Below, one piece after another: positions 12,621 through 26,063 of a stretch of 64,000 bases of DNA. The stretch is from positions 57,350,001 through 57,414,000 of the forward strand of contig OX597829.1 in the NCBI GenBank assembly GCA_951406725.2, in the 5' to 3' direction. Within the stretch, counting starts at the first letter, position 1, and each line of letters opens with the position of its first letter. A program made the position numbers and the translations under genes. The stretch is from Octopus vulgaris. Lineage: Eukaryota. The notes beneath the pieces are model-generated. The model was not told the origin of the DNA. It did not search any database and saw nothing but the letters and a program-made list of their open reading frames with translations.

Positions 12621-13734
12621 CAATATATATATGTATATATATATATATATAATATATATGTATATATATAGTGTAGATATATATATATACTTCCGGTTTC
12701 GTTGAAGAAAGACGTGTTTTTTCGTTCTCTGAAGCAACCAAAAGGGGTCGCATAAATCGACGAAATAATCTGCTAAAACCGACCAAAACGTAGAACTTGT
12801 TATCTCATAACGGTCTACTAAAATATATTAATTAGAAACCGTAATATATTTCGCTACAAGCCAAATATAATACATTAAGGTCAGTTACGCATGCAAGATA
12901 TTTCTTCGAAGAAGCACGTGTTTGCAAGTCGTACTTTTATTTCCAGCCGAATGTAAGAAGCAAAAAGAATTGTTTTCTTTTCTTTTTTGAAAGAAATCTT
13001 CTTCGTACAACAACAAGGATTTGGAATCTTACCTCTTGCGAATAAGTATTCTTTTCATTTGTTTATTTTCCTTTAATTTAACGTAACATCTGAGTTACAA
13101 CTTCATCTTTGTTTGCTTTCTGAGAATAATTTTCTTTCAACCTGTCACAGCATCCACTTCGCTTTCAATCTATTTTTCACTTTATATTTTTTTCGTTTCC
13201 CTACACATTTCCCACCCTCTTCGTATCTACCTCTTCCTCTCTCCTCCCTTACACATATTCCTATATTTCCAGCTCATCTCTCCTTTCCTTTATCTCTCTT
13301 TACGCATACTCTTTCCCTCTCTCTTGCATATCTTACTCTTTTTCTCATCTCTCTCCCTCCATTTCATATCAACCTCTTTTCTCACTTCCCTTTCCTTTCC
13401 TTTGCATCTCACATCTACCTCTCCTCCTGTCACCTCACCCTCTCACTCATATACTTCTCATTTGCCCACTGTTCTCACTCTGTTTCTCCCTCTCTCTCAC
13501 ATCCTTCATCCTTTCCTGTCTCTCTTTCTCTTGCCATCCTCTGCCTCCCTCTGTCTCTTTAACATGCCATGCCCCTTGCTTTCCTCATATCACCCTCTCT
13601 ATTTCCTTCATAGCACCTCTCTCTTTCCTTCATATCTCCCTCTCTCTTTCCCTATTTCCCACCTCTGTGCTTCTCCTTCTCTACCTCCCTCTATTTCACA
13701 TTACCTCTCTAGCCTCTACTCCCCCTCTGTCTTA

Positions 13735-16700
13735 AAAAACGAAGATGGCACCAAAGTGAGAAAAGAAAGAATTAAATCTTCTGCTACGAGCATGGGTGAT
13801 TGCTAATGGCGATCCGCCAAGCAACATCATCACTGCTGCAAGGGCTTTCACAGAACCATCGACCAGATAGAGCGGAAGAAGAGTGAATTTATCCGGTCTT
13901 ATATGCTTATAAGACCACACATCAACATTTTGGATAACATAATCAAAAATTATTGTGGGAAGGCTAATAAGGATGGAGAAGACGAAAAAGAAAAGGAAAC
14001 AAAACCCGGAAGTCTCCTCTTGAGGTTCCTCAAGAAAATGGATCACCCGCCCCGGTGAACGACCAGGCAGAAAAGGATAGGGGAGCCAAGGAAGCAGTAA
14101 CTGGAAGCCCCCCTGTGCCAGTGGTCCTACAGAGGAACGGAGCCCTCACCCCATTAGAATAACAGAAGAAAAAAGGAAGGACGGAAGACAAAAATAAAGA
14201 AGGAAAGAAAGAAAAAAGAAAAGGCAAAACAACCAAAACCGAAACCCCAACCCACCAAACAAACAACAGAAAACCCCATGGAGGATCCAATGCCATCCAA
14301 AACCCTACAGGAAAGAAGAGATATGGAAGGCGCCCAAGAACCTGCAAATTTTAGCTGCAGGGCAAATGTTGGCATGGGGAGGACAGCAAAAATTGCCGGT
14401 TTGCCCACCCGCCACCCCGCCAGAACTACAGGGGCCTTAAAGAGAAAAACTTTACTGAGGAAAGACAACAAATGTCTCCCAGGAAAACATTTAGAAAAGA
14501 AGTGTGCTCCTCAGATGTTCTGCGCAACGCAGCAGCTGAGCAAGAGTCTTTTTTGTGCATGGCGCAAAGGATTGTACAGCAACTAACCTGGCTACACCAT
14601 GCACAAAGAAGGAACCTTGCTCACCACTATGCAAGACCACCACAGTCAACAGACACGGGATGGCCTCCCCTAACGCCTGCACAATCGTCACCCCAGTACT
14701 TTTACTAAATATTGGGGGCCTGTTGCATCAAAATAAAAACAAAATTTCTTTCCTGAGAGATCTTACTGCATGCAATCAAGCCCTATGCATAGCACTCGTG
14801 GGACTCACCTCAGCTCTGATATAGAGGACGCAGAAGTACACGTACCAAACTATGCCATACTGCAAACAGACCGAAGGGAAAGGAGCCATGGTGGAGATGC
14901 TGTAAACATCCGTGATGACCTCACAGCCCATGTCTTACAGTCATACTCAAATTCAGTATGTGACACTTTAATTGTATACATAAGACAACATAATATAGTC
15001 ATTTGCAATACATATTGCCCACCGGATGCCCCAAACCACACAGGCAAGTTTGAAGATTGCCTCACAAGAATTAAAGAAATCCTCATGAATCTGGAACACC
15101 ACGTGACCATATTTCTTATGGGTGATTTCAACTTCCTCAACGTCAAATGGTCTGAAGGTCTCATACTCTCAGGAATGACTCATTGCAAGCAAGCACAGGT
15201 GGAGTCCCTGCTCAACCTCACCAATGCCCTATTCATGGAGCAAGCTGTTCTTAGACCAACTAGGGCGAATAGCATTCTGGATCCCTGCTTCACGAACAAT
15301 ATGGATATCATTCATGATGTGAAAGTGACACCGACATTAGTCTCGGATCACAACATAAAAGAGCTGTCTATGTTTGGGTCGAAAGTAATATACAGCCTAA
15401 AGGAAGCACCCGAAATCTCTCCAATCTGATCTTCCACAAAGCAGATTGGAAATCGATCCAAAAAGAGATCCTCAAGAGAGCCTCAGAGAGGACTGGCGAA
15501 AATGTCTCTCCATACCAGACATTGACATGAAACTAGAATGTTTCATGTCTTCTGTGCAAGCCATATGTCAGAAATATGTCCCAGAACACATCGCCGAAAC
15601 AAACAGGAGCAAGATTCCAAGAGAGAGGAAGATCCTCATGAGACGACGGACGAAGGTTGCAAATCGACTCAACCAACATCCCAAAAGCAGCGAAACGTCC
15701 CGCCTAAAAACAACACTGATGGAGATCGAAAAAAGGCTGCAACAATCCTATGTGAAGGAGAAAGCAGACAAAGAAGCCTGGGTTATAAAAAACATTAAAT
15801 CAAACCCAAAGGCCTTCTTTCATTACGCGAAAGTTACAGTCTCAGTGCACTACAAGATAGGACCCTCCTCCAAAAGGATGGCTCCCTCACAGACAGTCCA
15901 ACTATGATCAGTGAGATGCTGAATGACCAATTCAAAAGTGTCTTTACAACCCCGTTGGAACACAGACAAGTGAACGAACCAGTGGTCTTCTTTGCCGCCT
16001 CACCTATAACCAACGAGGCAGTTACAATGGAATACATTGACATTAACGAAGAAGATATACTACTAGCCATAGATGAAGTGGACACAAACTCAACTGCTGG
16101 TCCTGATGGTTTCCCAGCAATCCTTCTCAAATCATGTAAGCATGCCCTTGCAAAACCCCTCAAGATTCTCTTCCAGAGCTTTCTTGCGAATGGCAAACTG
16201 CCAAGCAAGCTGTAGGAGGGAATAATATGTCCAATACATAAAGGGGGGAGTAGAGCAGATGCCAAAAACTATAGGCCTATCTCTCTGATTTCACACATCA
16301 GCAAAGTCATGGAACGGATAGTCAGAGGGAAACTAATTGCATTCCTTGAAGAAAATAACTTGCTGAGTGATACCCAGCATGGTTTTCGACCAGGTAGGAG
16401 CTGCCTGACCCAGCTCTTACATTATGACTGGGTGTTGAGGCAGTTACTCAACAAATCAAATGTGGATGTAATATACCTTGATTTTGCAAAAGCTTTTGAT
16501 AAAGTGGATCATGGTATGATATGCCACAAACTGCGTTACCTCGGCATAGTTGGAAAACTTGGAGAGTGGTTACATGACTTCCGGAAAGATAGGAGTCAGG
16601 CAATAATGGCTAATAGAGTCACCTCTATGAACACACAAATACTGAGCGGTGTTCCACAGGGCACTGTCTTGGGACCACCGCTTTTTATAGTGGCCCTCTC

Positions 16701-17690
16701 AGTTATGCCCTCAAATGCCCTGATAGCCACTCTGGCAAGCTATGCAGATGATACGAAAGTCTCGCAGAAAATACAGAACTCCAGCGATGTTGCAGGAGTT
16801 GGACTCTATTTACAGATGGGCTGAAGATAATAATATGCAGTTTAATGCTGAAAAATTCCAGGCCCTGCGCTACCAGCATCCAAAACTGAATATGAAACTT
16901 ACAAGGTACACCGGTCCACAGGGAATTTAAATCCCAGAATCTAAGTCAGTGAGGGACCTGGGTATCGACATGAGTGATGATAACACTTTCCAAGTGCACA
17001 TTACCAGGATGGCGACAAAGTGCAGACGACTGGCTGGATGGATTCTAAGAACATTCAGAACCAGAGATAAGGAAACCATGATGGTCCTCTGGCAGACAAA
17101 CGTCCTCAGCCGCCTGGATTACTGCTCACAGCTATTGTCACCCACCAGTGTAAAATTAACAAGCGGACCTTGAAGCAATCTAGAGAAGATTCACAAAGAA
17201 GATCGTCTCTTTGCAACAGCTCAGCTACTGGGAAAGGTTGAAACAGCTAAGACTCTACTCCCTGGAGAGAAGACGGGAGAGGTATGCAGTAATATATGTC
17301 TGGAAGATCCTGGAAGGAATTGTGCCAAATTTTAGCATTGAAAGCTACACCAATACTAGAACGGGACGACACTGCATAGTGCCAAAGATCCCAGCAATGC
17401 CATCACGCTTCAGGACCAGTTACTGCAACAGCCTGGGTTTCAAGGGCCCACAGCTTTTTAATATTCTCCCAAAGAGTCTGAGGAACTTGCACAAAGTAGA
17501 TGTAGGGGTTTTTAAATCAAAGCTGGACCTCTTCCTGTCGAGAGTCCCAGATGAACCTACCTCACGGCAAGAGGTGCAAATGAGAGTAGCCATTCTTCAC
17601 TAAGTGCCACATATTAGAGGAGGCTCTTAGTAATAACAGTGTAGCAAAACGGCGGTGCATAAGCATGGCCGCAGCTCTGAGCTGAAACTA
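13735..17690 (+). mobile_element. Near full-length CR1/L2-group LINE (ORF1 remnant, APE, RT, 3' tail), pseudogenised
   Basis: APE 14770-15429. RT motifs GPDG, QHGFRPGRSCLTQL, YLDFAKAFDKVDH, SGVPQGTVLGP, YADD. C-terminal YSLERRRER. Several stops and frameshifts. 5' boundary approximate. Confidence 0.92.
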
Positions 17691-17859
17691 AAAAAGAAAA
17701 AAAGAAAAGGAAAAAAAGTATAGTATATGATATATATTTATAAATATATATATATATATAATTAATCAATATAGGGTAGCAAAAAATTCAGCAGAAATTA
17801 TTTGCCACGAGCGGTCTAGTGGGAAAAAGGAAATAGTCAAAGACTATTAATAAATTCAA

Positions 17860-18054
17860 CAGCAAAATTAAGGAACGGCCATAATAGGCCGTTCAACCCA
17901 CTAGAAATAGCAGCTAAGGCTTCAACCGCAAAAAAGTATTAATTCCGTAAACATCTCCTTGTTTACGGAATTAATACTTTTTTTGCGGTTGAAGCCTTAG
18001 CTGCTATTTCTAGTGGGTTGAACGGCCTATTATGGCCGTTCCTTAATTTTGCTG
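17860..18054. repeat. Near-perfect 195-bp palindrome (94/95-bp arms, 6-nt loop)
   Basis: 17860-17953 is the reverse complement of 17960-18054 except one extra T in a homopolymer. Loop is tctcct. Confidence 0.95.
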
Positions 18055-18115
<61 letters not shown>

Positions 18116-18289
18116 TGTATGTATGTATGTATGTATGTATGTATGTATATGTATATATGTATATGTATATATATATGTATATGTATATATATATATGTAT
18201 ATGTATATATATATGTATATATATGTATATATATATATATATGTATACGTATATATATATATGTATACGTATATATGTATATGTATATA

Positions 18290-18344
<55 letters not shown>

Positions 18345-18496
18345 TTAATTTTATTTGTTAAGGAATAAAAATTCCGGAATAACAGGGGTTCAAATTATTC
18401 TCAATGAGGAAATATATATTTTCATTTAGAGATAGTAGGCCCCTTCATCTCACCATATAAAAGAATTTTAATTTAAATACTTACTACTTATATCTC

Positions 18497-18591
18497 AGCC
18501 ACACTTGTTTCTTGAGGTACATTTCCCGGTTCCTTAACCATGCCGTATTTTGCTGGAACCATTCTTAAAATATAACCCCAATCATCAGGCC
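18497..18591 (-). ncRNA. Hammerhead motif family C (left arm)
   Basis: Minus: ggc | CTGATGA | ttggggt...acctcaa | GAAA | caagtg | TG | gct. Core intact, but position 17 is G. Confidence 0.55.
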
Positions 18592-19148
18592 TCTAAATCA
18601 CTTACTCATTGTTCAATACTATAAATTATATTTTAATTTTAAAGTATGTGTAAAATAGGTTCGCTGGACCCTACAGTACAAGCCATAATTCAAATAAAAA
18701 TTCAAATAAAAAATTACAAAAATAAAAATTACAAAAATAAAATAAGAATGCAAAAAAAAAATACGAAAAATAAAAAATTTACAAAATCTATGTTAGTAGT
18801 ATATAGGGTTAAAATATCTACTTGTGATAATATAAAATGATATAGAATTAAAAGAATGGCAAGAAAAATACATACGAATAAAAATACGTATAAAAATGGA
18901 GGCAATGACGAATAAAGATTTTCGAATAAAAGCTATTGTACTAATTACGAACTGCAAAATTTACGAATGATAACTTTTAAAAATTTAGAAAATAAAATAA
19001 AATAAAATAAAAATAACTTGATGGTAACGCAAAGGAAAATATAAAAGTCACCGGTGACTCCATTATCCTACAACGTCTTAATTATGGCTTAACATTGCAA
19101 AGTCCAGCGAAGTACTCACACTATAGAACGATGAGAAAGTGATTTAGG

Positions 19149-19243
19149 GGCCTGATGGTTGGGGTTATATTTTAAGAATGGTTCCAGCGAGACACGAAGT
19201 GGTTTAGGAACCGAGAAATGTACCTCATGAAACATGTGTAGCC
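19149..19243 (+). ncRNA. Hammerhead motif family C (right arm, A9G variant)
   Basis: ggc | CTGATGG | ttggggt...acctcat | GAAA | catgtg | TA | gcc. Confidence 0.5.
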
Positions 19244-19392
19244 AAGTTATAAAATAATAGGTATTTAAAATAAAAATTCTTATTTATATGGTGAGATGAA
19301 GGGGCCTACTATCTCTAAATGAAAATATATACATATGTATATGTATATGTATATATATATATCTGTATGTATATATATATGTATGTGTATAC

Positions 19393-19461
<69 letters not shown>

Positions 19462-19747
19462 TACTAATATAGGGTGAAATTAATTAATTTGGAATAATCA
19501 TTAATTTCACCAAGTAGATTTCGGCATGTAAAAACCTCATTCGAGGAAAGTTTAAGTAATACTAAGTAATTAAGGGTTAAGCAACGATTTGCCTCACCAC
19601 ACACCGAATTTAGAAATAGCAGTCAAAGAGTTATAGCTATTCTTTCTACTAAAAGGGAGATCTCAGTAAAACACAGCACTTGAAAGGCAAACACAGACAG
19701 GCAAGAGAGAAAGAAATGACGGCAATCTATCATACAATTTTAAGTCA

Positions 19748-19838
19748 CCTACGGACGTACGTTTCGAAATTAAGTTTTAGGAAAGCATAAGAATTAGATA
19801 ATTATGTCTTACCCAACTTCTTTTCTCATCAGCGTAGG
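19748..19838 (-). ncRNA. Type-I hammerhead ribozyme, intact core, extended stem II (family D)
   Basis: Minus: cctacg | CTGATGA | gaaa..aagtt..cataa...ttatg..aactt..tttc (60 nt) | GAAA | cgtacg | TC | cgtagg. Perfect 6-bp stem I, palindromic stem III acgtacgt, GUC site. Confidence 0.88.
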
Positions 19839-20584
19839 ACACTACAATTATGAATAATTGTATATTAAATTTCGAGGTACTAGAAGACATCATCTCAACT
19901 CAGTATCAGAGCGAGCTAAAGCCGTTACCAGTATCACCAAATTCAAAGTGTGAATGAAAGTTTGTCACCAACCCCCTCCCACCAGCGTGCAGCCAAGACA
20001 AGATGCTGTGGTCATTTACTGGGATGAAATGAACTCGCCTTTTCAAGAACACGAATTTTTTATATTTGACTCTATTGAATATATGTCACAATTATGAACT
20101 ACTACATCATACTCTTTAAACATATAGCATGAACTCTCTTTATTATATATAATTTTTTTTGATAAGGTTCTTCATTTCAAGAACCGAAGCATGTTAAAAA
20201 TTAAAATTTGTCTAATATAGCAGCATTTTCAAACTTCATTTTATATATATATATATATATGGATATATATATATATGTATATGTATATGTATATATGTAT
20301 ATGGATTTGTAGTGGACTGTCGGTTGTGGTTGAATATCTTCATAGTGTTTTGTTCATTTGTTCTAATATTTTTACATCTTTCTTTAATTTATGGGGCTGA
20401 AATATTTCTTACTTTCCATTAGTAAATAATTTTCGCCATTATATCATTTTTATATATATTGATAGTTATAAGTTACGATAGATATTAATTATTGGTGCAG
20501 ATGGGGCAGATGAGGGCAGCTGCATCGAACTCTTTCATGCACCAAAAGGCAATTGCTAAAAAGCATTCGTGAAGTAAAATCATG

Positions 20585-20660
20585 TAGCAACACCAAATGG
20601 CGGTGCCCCAGCATAGCCACAGCTTGTGAGCTGAAACTAGATAAAAATAAAAAATAAATA
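20585..20660 (+). mobile_element. Short 3' tail of CR1/L2-type LINE
   Basis: ggcggtgccccagcatagccacagcttgtgagctgaaacta plus A-rich tail, matching 17651-17690. Confidence 0.7.
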
Positions 20661-21051
20661 AAAAATATTATATCTATTTATTTAGATTTTTTTATAAAGG
20701 GATCTAACGTATTACATTTAATTTAATTTGAGAATTAATTTTGTTAGACAATATATTATTTAATTTTTAGGTGGTATATTAATTAAGTAGTATTAAATTT
20801 AAGATAATTAAGTATATATTAATTGATATTTAGTCCACTATATTATAGAGTGATATATTAAATCTATAGATACTACACATATTTATTAATTATATAGTTA
20901 GCTTATTTAATGAGTTTGTCTATATTTGAACCATTTCTTATTTTGATTACAATATTAATGACTTGTACTAGCATTGTGTATATTAATTAATTTTAAAGTA
21001 TTGAATAATTTAAGTATTGTTTTTAGTTTTCACTTAATGTATATTTAGTAT

Positions 21052-21104
<53 letters not shown>

Positions 21105-21105
<1 letters not shown>

Positions 21106-21502
21106 TTTATTAGTCATTTGAGTGCGGTCATGCTGGAGCACCACCTTTAGTCGAGCAAATCGACCCCAGGACTTATTCTTTGTAAGCCTAGTACTTATTC
21201 TATCGGTCTCTCTTTGCCGAACCGCTAAGTTACGGGGGCGTAAAAACACCAGCATCGATTGTCAAGCGCTGGGGGGGGGGGACAAACACAGACACACAAA
21301 CATATACACACAGATACATATATATATATTCATATGTACGACGGGCTTCTTTCATTTTCCGTCTGCCAAATCCACTTACAAGGCTTTGGTCGGCCCGAGG
21401 CTATAGTAGAAAACACTCGCCCAAGGTGCCATGCAGTGGGACTGAACCCGGAACCATGTGGCTGGTAAGCAAGCTACTTACCAAACAGTCACTCCTGCGC
21501 CT
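21105..21502 (-). mobile_element. tRNA-derived SINE, full length
   Basis: Reverse complement of the 5237-5632 family. Confidence 0.9.
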
Positions 21503-21536
21503 ATTAATTAATTGTTTTATTATTCTAGTTTATTTT

Positions 21537-21639
21537 TAACCTGATGAGTCGCTATATTTATATCGAAGTGATTTTACTATTACTATTAATTTTTTACTAT
21601 AATCATTTCTTAAATATAGCCACGAAACGCGTGTCGTTA
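21537..21639 (+). ncRNA. Type-I hammerhead ribozyme, extended stem II (family E)
   Basis: taac | CTGATGA | gtcgctatattta...taaatatagccac (76 nt) | GAAA | cgcgtg | TC | gtta. Confidence 0.82.
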
Positions 21640-21852
21640 TTCTACTAAATATATACGTTTTTATTATTATTTTGCAATTTACTTAATCAACGGTACATTA
21701 TTGTTATTTTAATTTTAATATTTCTATTGTATGTAATTTTCTAGATGGTGTAATTTAATTGTTCATTTTGAATTGATAATGGGTGGTGTTTTCTAATTTA
21801 TATATATATATATACCTCTCTCTCTATATATATACCTCTCTCTCTCTCTCTC

Positions 21853-22142
<290 letters not shown>

Positions 22143-22179
22143 CCTCTCTCTATATATATATACTTCTCTATATATGTAT

Positions 22180-22274
<95 letters not shown>

Positions 22275-22277
<3 letters not shown>

Positions 22278-22825
22278 TGGCTGCCCCCTCGTTATCGAGT
22301 ATGGCCAATGCACGAAGCTTAATCAATGTTGCTATCGTGCAATGCCTGTGCAAGAAGATTTTTTTTTAAAGTGAGGAAAGGTTGTGCACTGAGTCAATCT
22401 CACTCACTAAGCGACAGCACCCATAATCCGAAAAGAAGAACAAGTGAACATCATCGATAACCACTGAGCCGCAGGTTTTATGTCGGAGTTATCCCAGTCA
22501 CCTGAGTTACCTTCTCCTAGAAGGTTGCCCTAACAAAGGCTAGGAGTCCTTCACTCCCAATGGTTTAACCGCGCGTTCGGATATTCAGTCAAATTATTTC
22601 TATGTCCCCGCGCATGATACAGCCTTAAGACATTTATTAGATGGCCGTTGACTCTCAAGAGTTCTTCCGCCCTTTGACGTGTTTTGTTTTTCATCCCGCA
22701 GGGTGTCCAATAAACACCCTCCTCACCAAGCAAGCTTGGTGGGGTTGCCGGTTTAGTTGACGACGACCCGACCATGCAACAGGTTGAACTGGATTACATG
22801 TTACCAGTAGCACACGAAAGTGACC
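22275..22825. mobile_element. Interspersed repeat, probably LINE 5'UTR-derived (RTE-like), orientation uncertain
   Basis: Its terminal ~45 bp recur inverted at 34813-34858. Minus-strand 'gggcaaccttctaggagaaggtaactc' resembles RTE 5'UTR motifs. Confidence 0.4.
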
Positions 22826-22844
22826 TCACACATACACACACACT

Positions 22845-22881
<37 letters not shown>

Positions 22882-22988
22882 GTGTGTGTGTGTGTGTATA
22901 TATATGTATATATATATATATATATACATATATATATAATATATATATATACACACACATATATATATATATGTGTGTGTGTGTGTGT

Positions 22989-23054
<66 letters not shown>

Positions 23055-23611
23055 CATATCTATTATATAAAATCCGTTCTGTCTGTCTTTGTGTGTGTCT
23101 TCTAGGATCTCGGGCATCCTCCATCCGATTGTGCTCAAATTTGATATATAGATACCGACGGTATCTGGGCCTGTATAAGTCTTGAAAAAATTACAAAAAT
23201 TGATTCTAGTTGAGAATGCAATCGATAATGCATTTGTAAGCTCAAGTACATCAGCTGTTGCGATCGATACTACGCGTACGCGAGAAAAATGCACGTCCAG
23301 TTTGCGCAAAAAAGCCGGCTTGCTTGAAATAATGCCACCAAATGCAGTATATTTAAGAGACAAAGAAAGTCGGATGCAAAAGAGATATTTTCTTCAAACT
23401 TGATATGAAGAAAGGAAAGACTATTTGGTTTCTCAATAAGTTGGGTTTTTTTTGCCATAACTTCGTGTAACACAACCAAAAATTTTATTGAAATAAAGGC
23501 ATGCTTAATTATTTCTAATGAAAAGAAAACACTGCTGATTGCTTTTTATTCAGCAGATATGATTCAGCACCGTCCATTGGACGGGGGGGGGGGGCGTTTT
23601 GCTCGTATATA

Positions 23612-25238
23612 CAGTTGCGGCTAAAATGTTCAGAACGGCATTGTTTTCGTCAGAAAAGTAGATATAAGTTTTTATCAAAGTTGTTTTGTATTCTATAATT
23701 TTCACAGACAATAAATACGATATTTTTTGTTTTTGTCTGAGATTTTGGTGTAATTTGAGAGGATAATAAAAAAGTTATGGATGATTTAGGGATTTACTGC
23801 AAAACCTATGGCGGCCAAAATGATCAGAATGGTTGCTTTTACTCCATGTTTTAGTATATTTAACCGTCGAACTCTAATGTTTTGAATTTGTTTACGTGAC
23901 AGTTCGTTTACTAAACATTAGTAAGAATATCTGCAGTGTACTTTGTTAATATAATGCCACTTACTCCGTTACCAATTCGTCAGCAGATTATTAAGCTTCG
24001 AAAGAAGGATAATTTAAGTATTAGGTCTATTGCAAAGATTGTTAACAAGTCAAAAAGTGTTGTTCACGGTATTCTTAAGGTCTACGATGATTGTGGTTCG
24101 TGTGAAGCAAGAAAGTCTACAGGTAGGCCAAGAAAAACGACCAAGAAAGAAGATCGTGCTATGGTAAAGTTGGTTAAAAAGGACAGATTTAAAACTGCTG
24201 CTGCTGTTTTTCGGGAAATGAGCATTGTACTGAAGAAAACTTTATCTCAAAAAACTGTCTCATCGTTTAGTTGAACATGACCTACAAGCAAGAGCACCTG
24301 CAGTGAAGCCACTGATCAGCTCCAAGAATAAAAAGTGTCGTCTTACCTTTGCAACCGAACATGTGTTGTGGTCTCAAGAAAATGGCAAACGGTGCATTTC
24401 AGTGATGAATCTAAGTCTATGTTATTTGGCTCAGATGGGAAAAGGTACGTTCGTCGAAAAGCAGGTGAAAAATTGTCACCTAAATGCCTTAAGACTATTG
24501 TTAAATTCGGTGGAGGAAGTGTCATGGTTTGGGGGATGATATCTGGAGATGTTGTGGGCCCTTTGCTGCGATTACATGGAAAGGTAAATGCAGGAGTTTA
24601 TAAACAACTTGTAAAAGATCATGTCTTGCCTGTGCTGAGAAATTCAACTAAGCGACCACCCATATTCATGCAGGACAATGCCCCATGTCACAAGGCTAAG
24701 GTGGTCATGAACTTCCTCAAGGCTGAAAAGGTTATTGTTATGGATTGGCCTGCTCAAAGCCCAGACCTCAATCCTATTGAAAATGTGTGGAATATTCTAG
24801 GAGAACGTCTGAAAGCCAGAAATCCTAAAACAACCGTGCAATTATGGAATGCCCTTCAGGAAGAATGGAATAAGATCACCCAGCAAGAAATTGAAAATTT
24901 AATTTCCCCATGCAGTCGAAAATGTCAAAGTGTGATTGAAGCTAAAGGGCTTCACACTAAATATGAAATAATTCCAGCTTTCTCTGTCACTTTTTGGTTA
25001 TTATGTTATTTTTTCAACCGTCCTGATCATTATGGCCACCATGGGTTTTGCAGTAAATCACTAAATCATCCATAACTTTTGTATTATCCACTCAAATAAC
25101 ACCAAAATCTCAGACAATACCAATTAATATCGTATTTATTGTCTGTGAAAATTATAGAATATAAAACAGCTTTAATGAAAACTTATACCTACTTTTCTGA
25201 CAAAAACAATGCCGTTCTGAACATTTTGGCCGCAACTA
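23612..25238 (+). mobile_element. Full-length Tc1-family transposon, IR/DR type (~220-bp TIRs, TA target duplication)
   Basis: TA|cagttgcggctaaaatgttcagaacggc ... gccgttctgaacattttggccgcaacta|TA. Outer and inner direct repeats (gcggc.aaaatg.tcagaa.gg) in each TIR. Confidence 0.95.
23954..24967 (+). pseudogene. Tc1 DD34E transposase with two frameshifts
   Basis: HTH plus GRPRK (MPLTPLPIRQQ...TGRPRKTT), then FSDESK, QDNAPCH, SPDLNPIEN, split over ORFs 23936, 24303 and 24335. Confidence 0.92.
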
Positions 25239-25689
25239 TATATGTGTGTGTATGTAAAAACATAGCGTAGAAGACCCAAAGCCGAACCCGAGCGCTAAAC
25301 AAGTATAATAGATACAATAGAGAAGGATCGAATCATGCAGACTACAATTGACACATACACGGATTTAATTAGGATAAAATAAGAATTGTCTAATCTGAAC
25401 CATATTAGTCAACATATTAGAAATATAAAATTATAGAATATGAAAATATATGAATACTAAAAATATTCATGGACATATAAATATATGGATGATTAAATTT
25501 AATAATAATGGAATATAGATAAAAATAATGAAATATAGAAAAAGACGTTTTTAAAAATTCAAAATATAATATAGAGAAAGTAATAGGCTTTAAAAAGAGT
25601 TTTGGGTAACATGTTAGAGGAAAATAGGGTGTTCCAACGATCGTTTCAGGGGTACTTTCGTCCAAATTACACATGAATTTTAAGATGGG

Positions 25690-25996
25690 ATCATTCTATG
25701 GTAATGAAGACCCGGCAAGCCAAGTGAGATGGTAGTCGTGGCCGATGCCAGTGTCGCAAAACTGGTCCGTTTAAAAGTACCCTTCGGTCGTCGGACGATA
25801 TGCTTGAGAAGATATCTTGAACCAAGTGAAATCGTAATCGTGACCGATGCCAGTGCCGCGTGACCAGCACCCGTACGGTGGCTCATAAAAAGCATCATTC
25901 GAGCGTGACCAATATCAATGCCGCCTAACTGGCATCCGTGCCGGATGCACATAAAAAGCAGTATTCGAGCGTGGTCAATGCCCGTGTCACCTGACT

Positions 25997-26000
<4 letters not shown>
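25690..26000 (+). mobile_element. RTE-tail related repeat (internal tandem 'taaaaagca.cattcgagcgtg' units)
   Basis: Homologous to 63360-63700. Confidence 0.6.

Positions 26001-26062
<62 letters not shown>

Positions 26063-26063
<1 letters not shown>

Larger units (their letters stand above)
18345..19330. mobile_element. Foldback element family C, copy 1, with hammerhead motifs in both arms
   Basis: ~18411-18600 is inverted at ~19135-19330. Flanked by (TA)n. Second copy at 53390-54450. Confidence 0.85.
20900..21800 (+). mobile_element. AT-rich hammerhead-bearing element family E, copy 1 (interrupted by a SINE)
   Basis: Shares 'tttagttttcacttaatgtata', the hammerhead and the downstream 3' end with 40395-41110. 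Boundaries approximate. Confidence 0.65.
23059..25303 (+). mobile_element. Probable Helitron-like non-autonomous element hosting the Tc1 insertion
   Basis: A|TC start 'atctattatataaaa' then microsatellite and 'ctcaaattt', as in the 2523 element. The 3' end (caag|t at ~25300) is degenerate. Confidence 0.4.

Noticed and set aside
13113-13806. 149-aa and 160-aa Ser/Leu/Pro-rich ORFs
   Set aside because: CT-rich low-complexity sequence lacking stops by composition.
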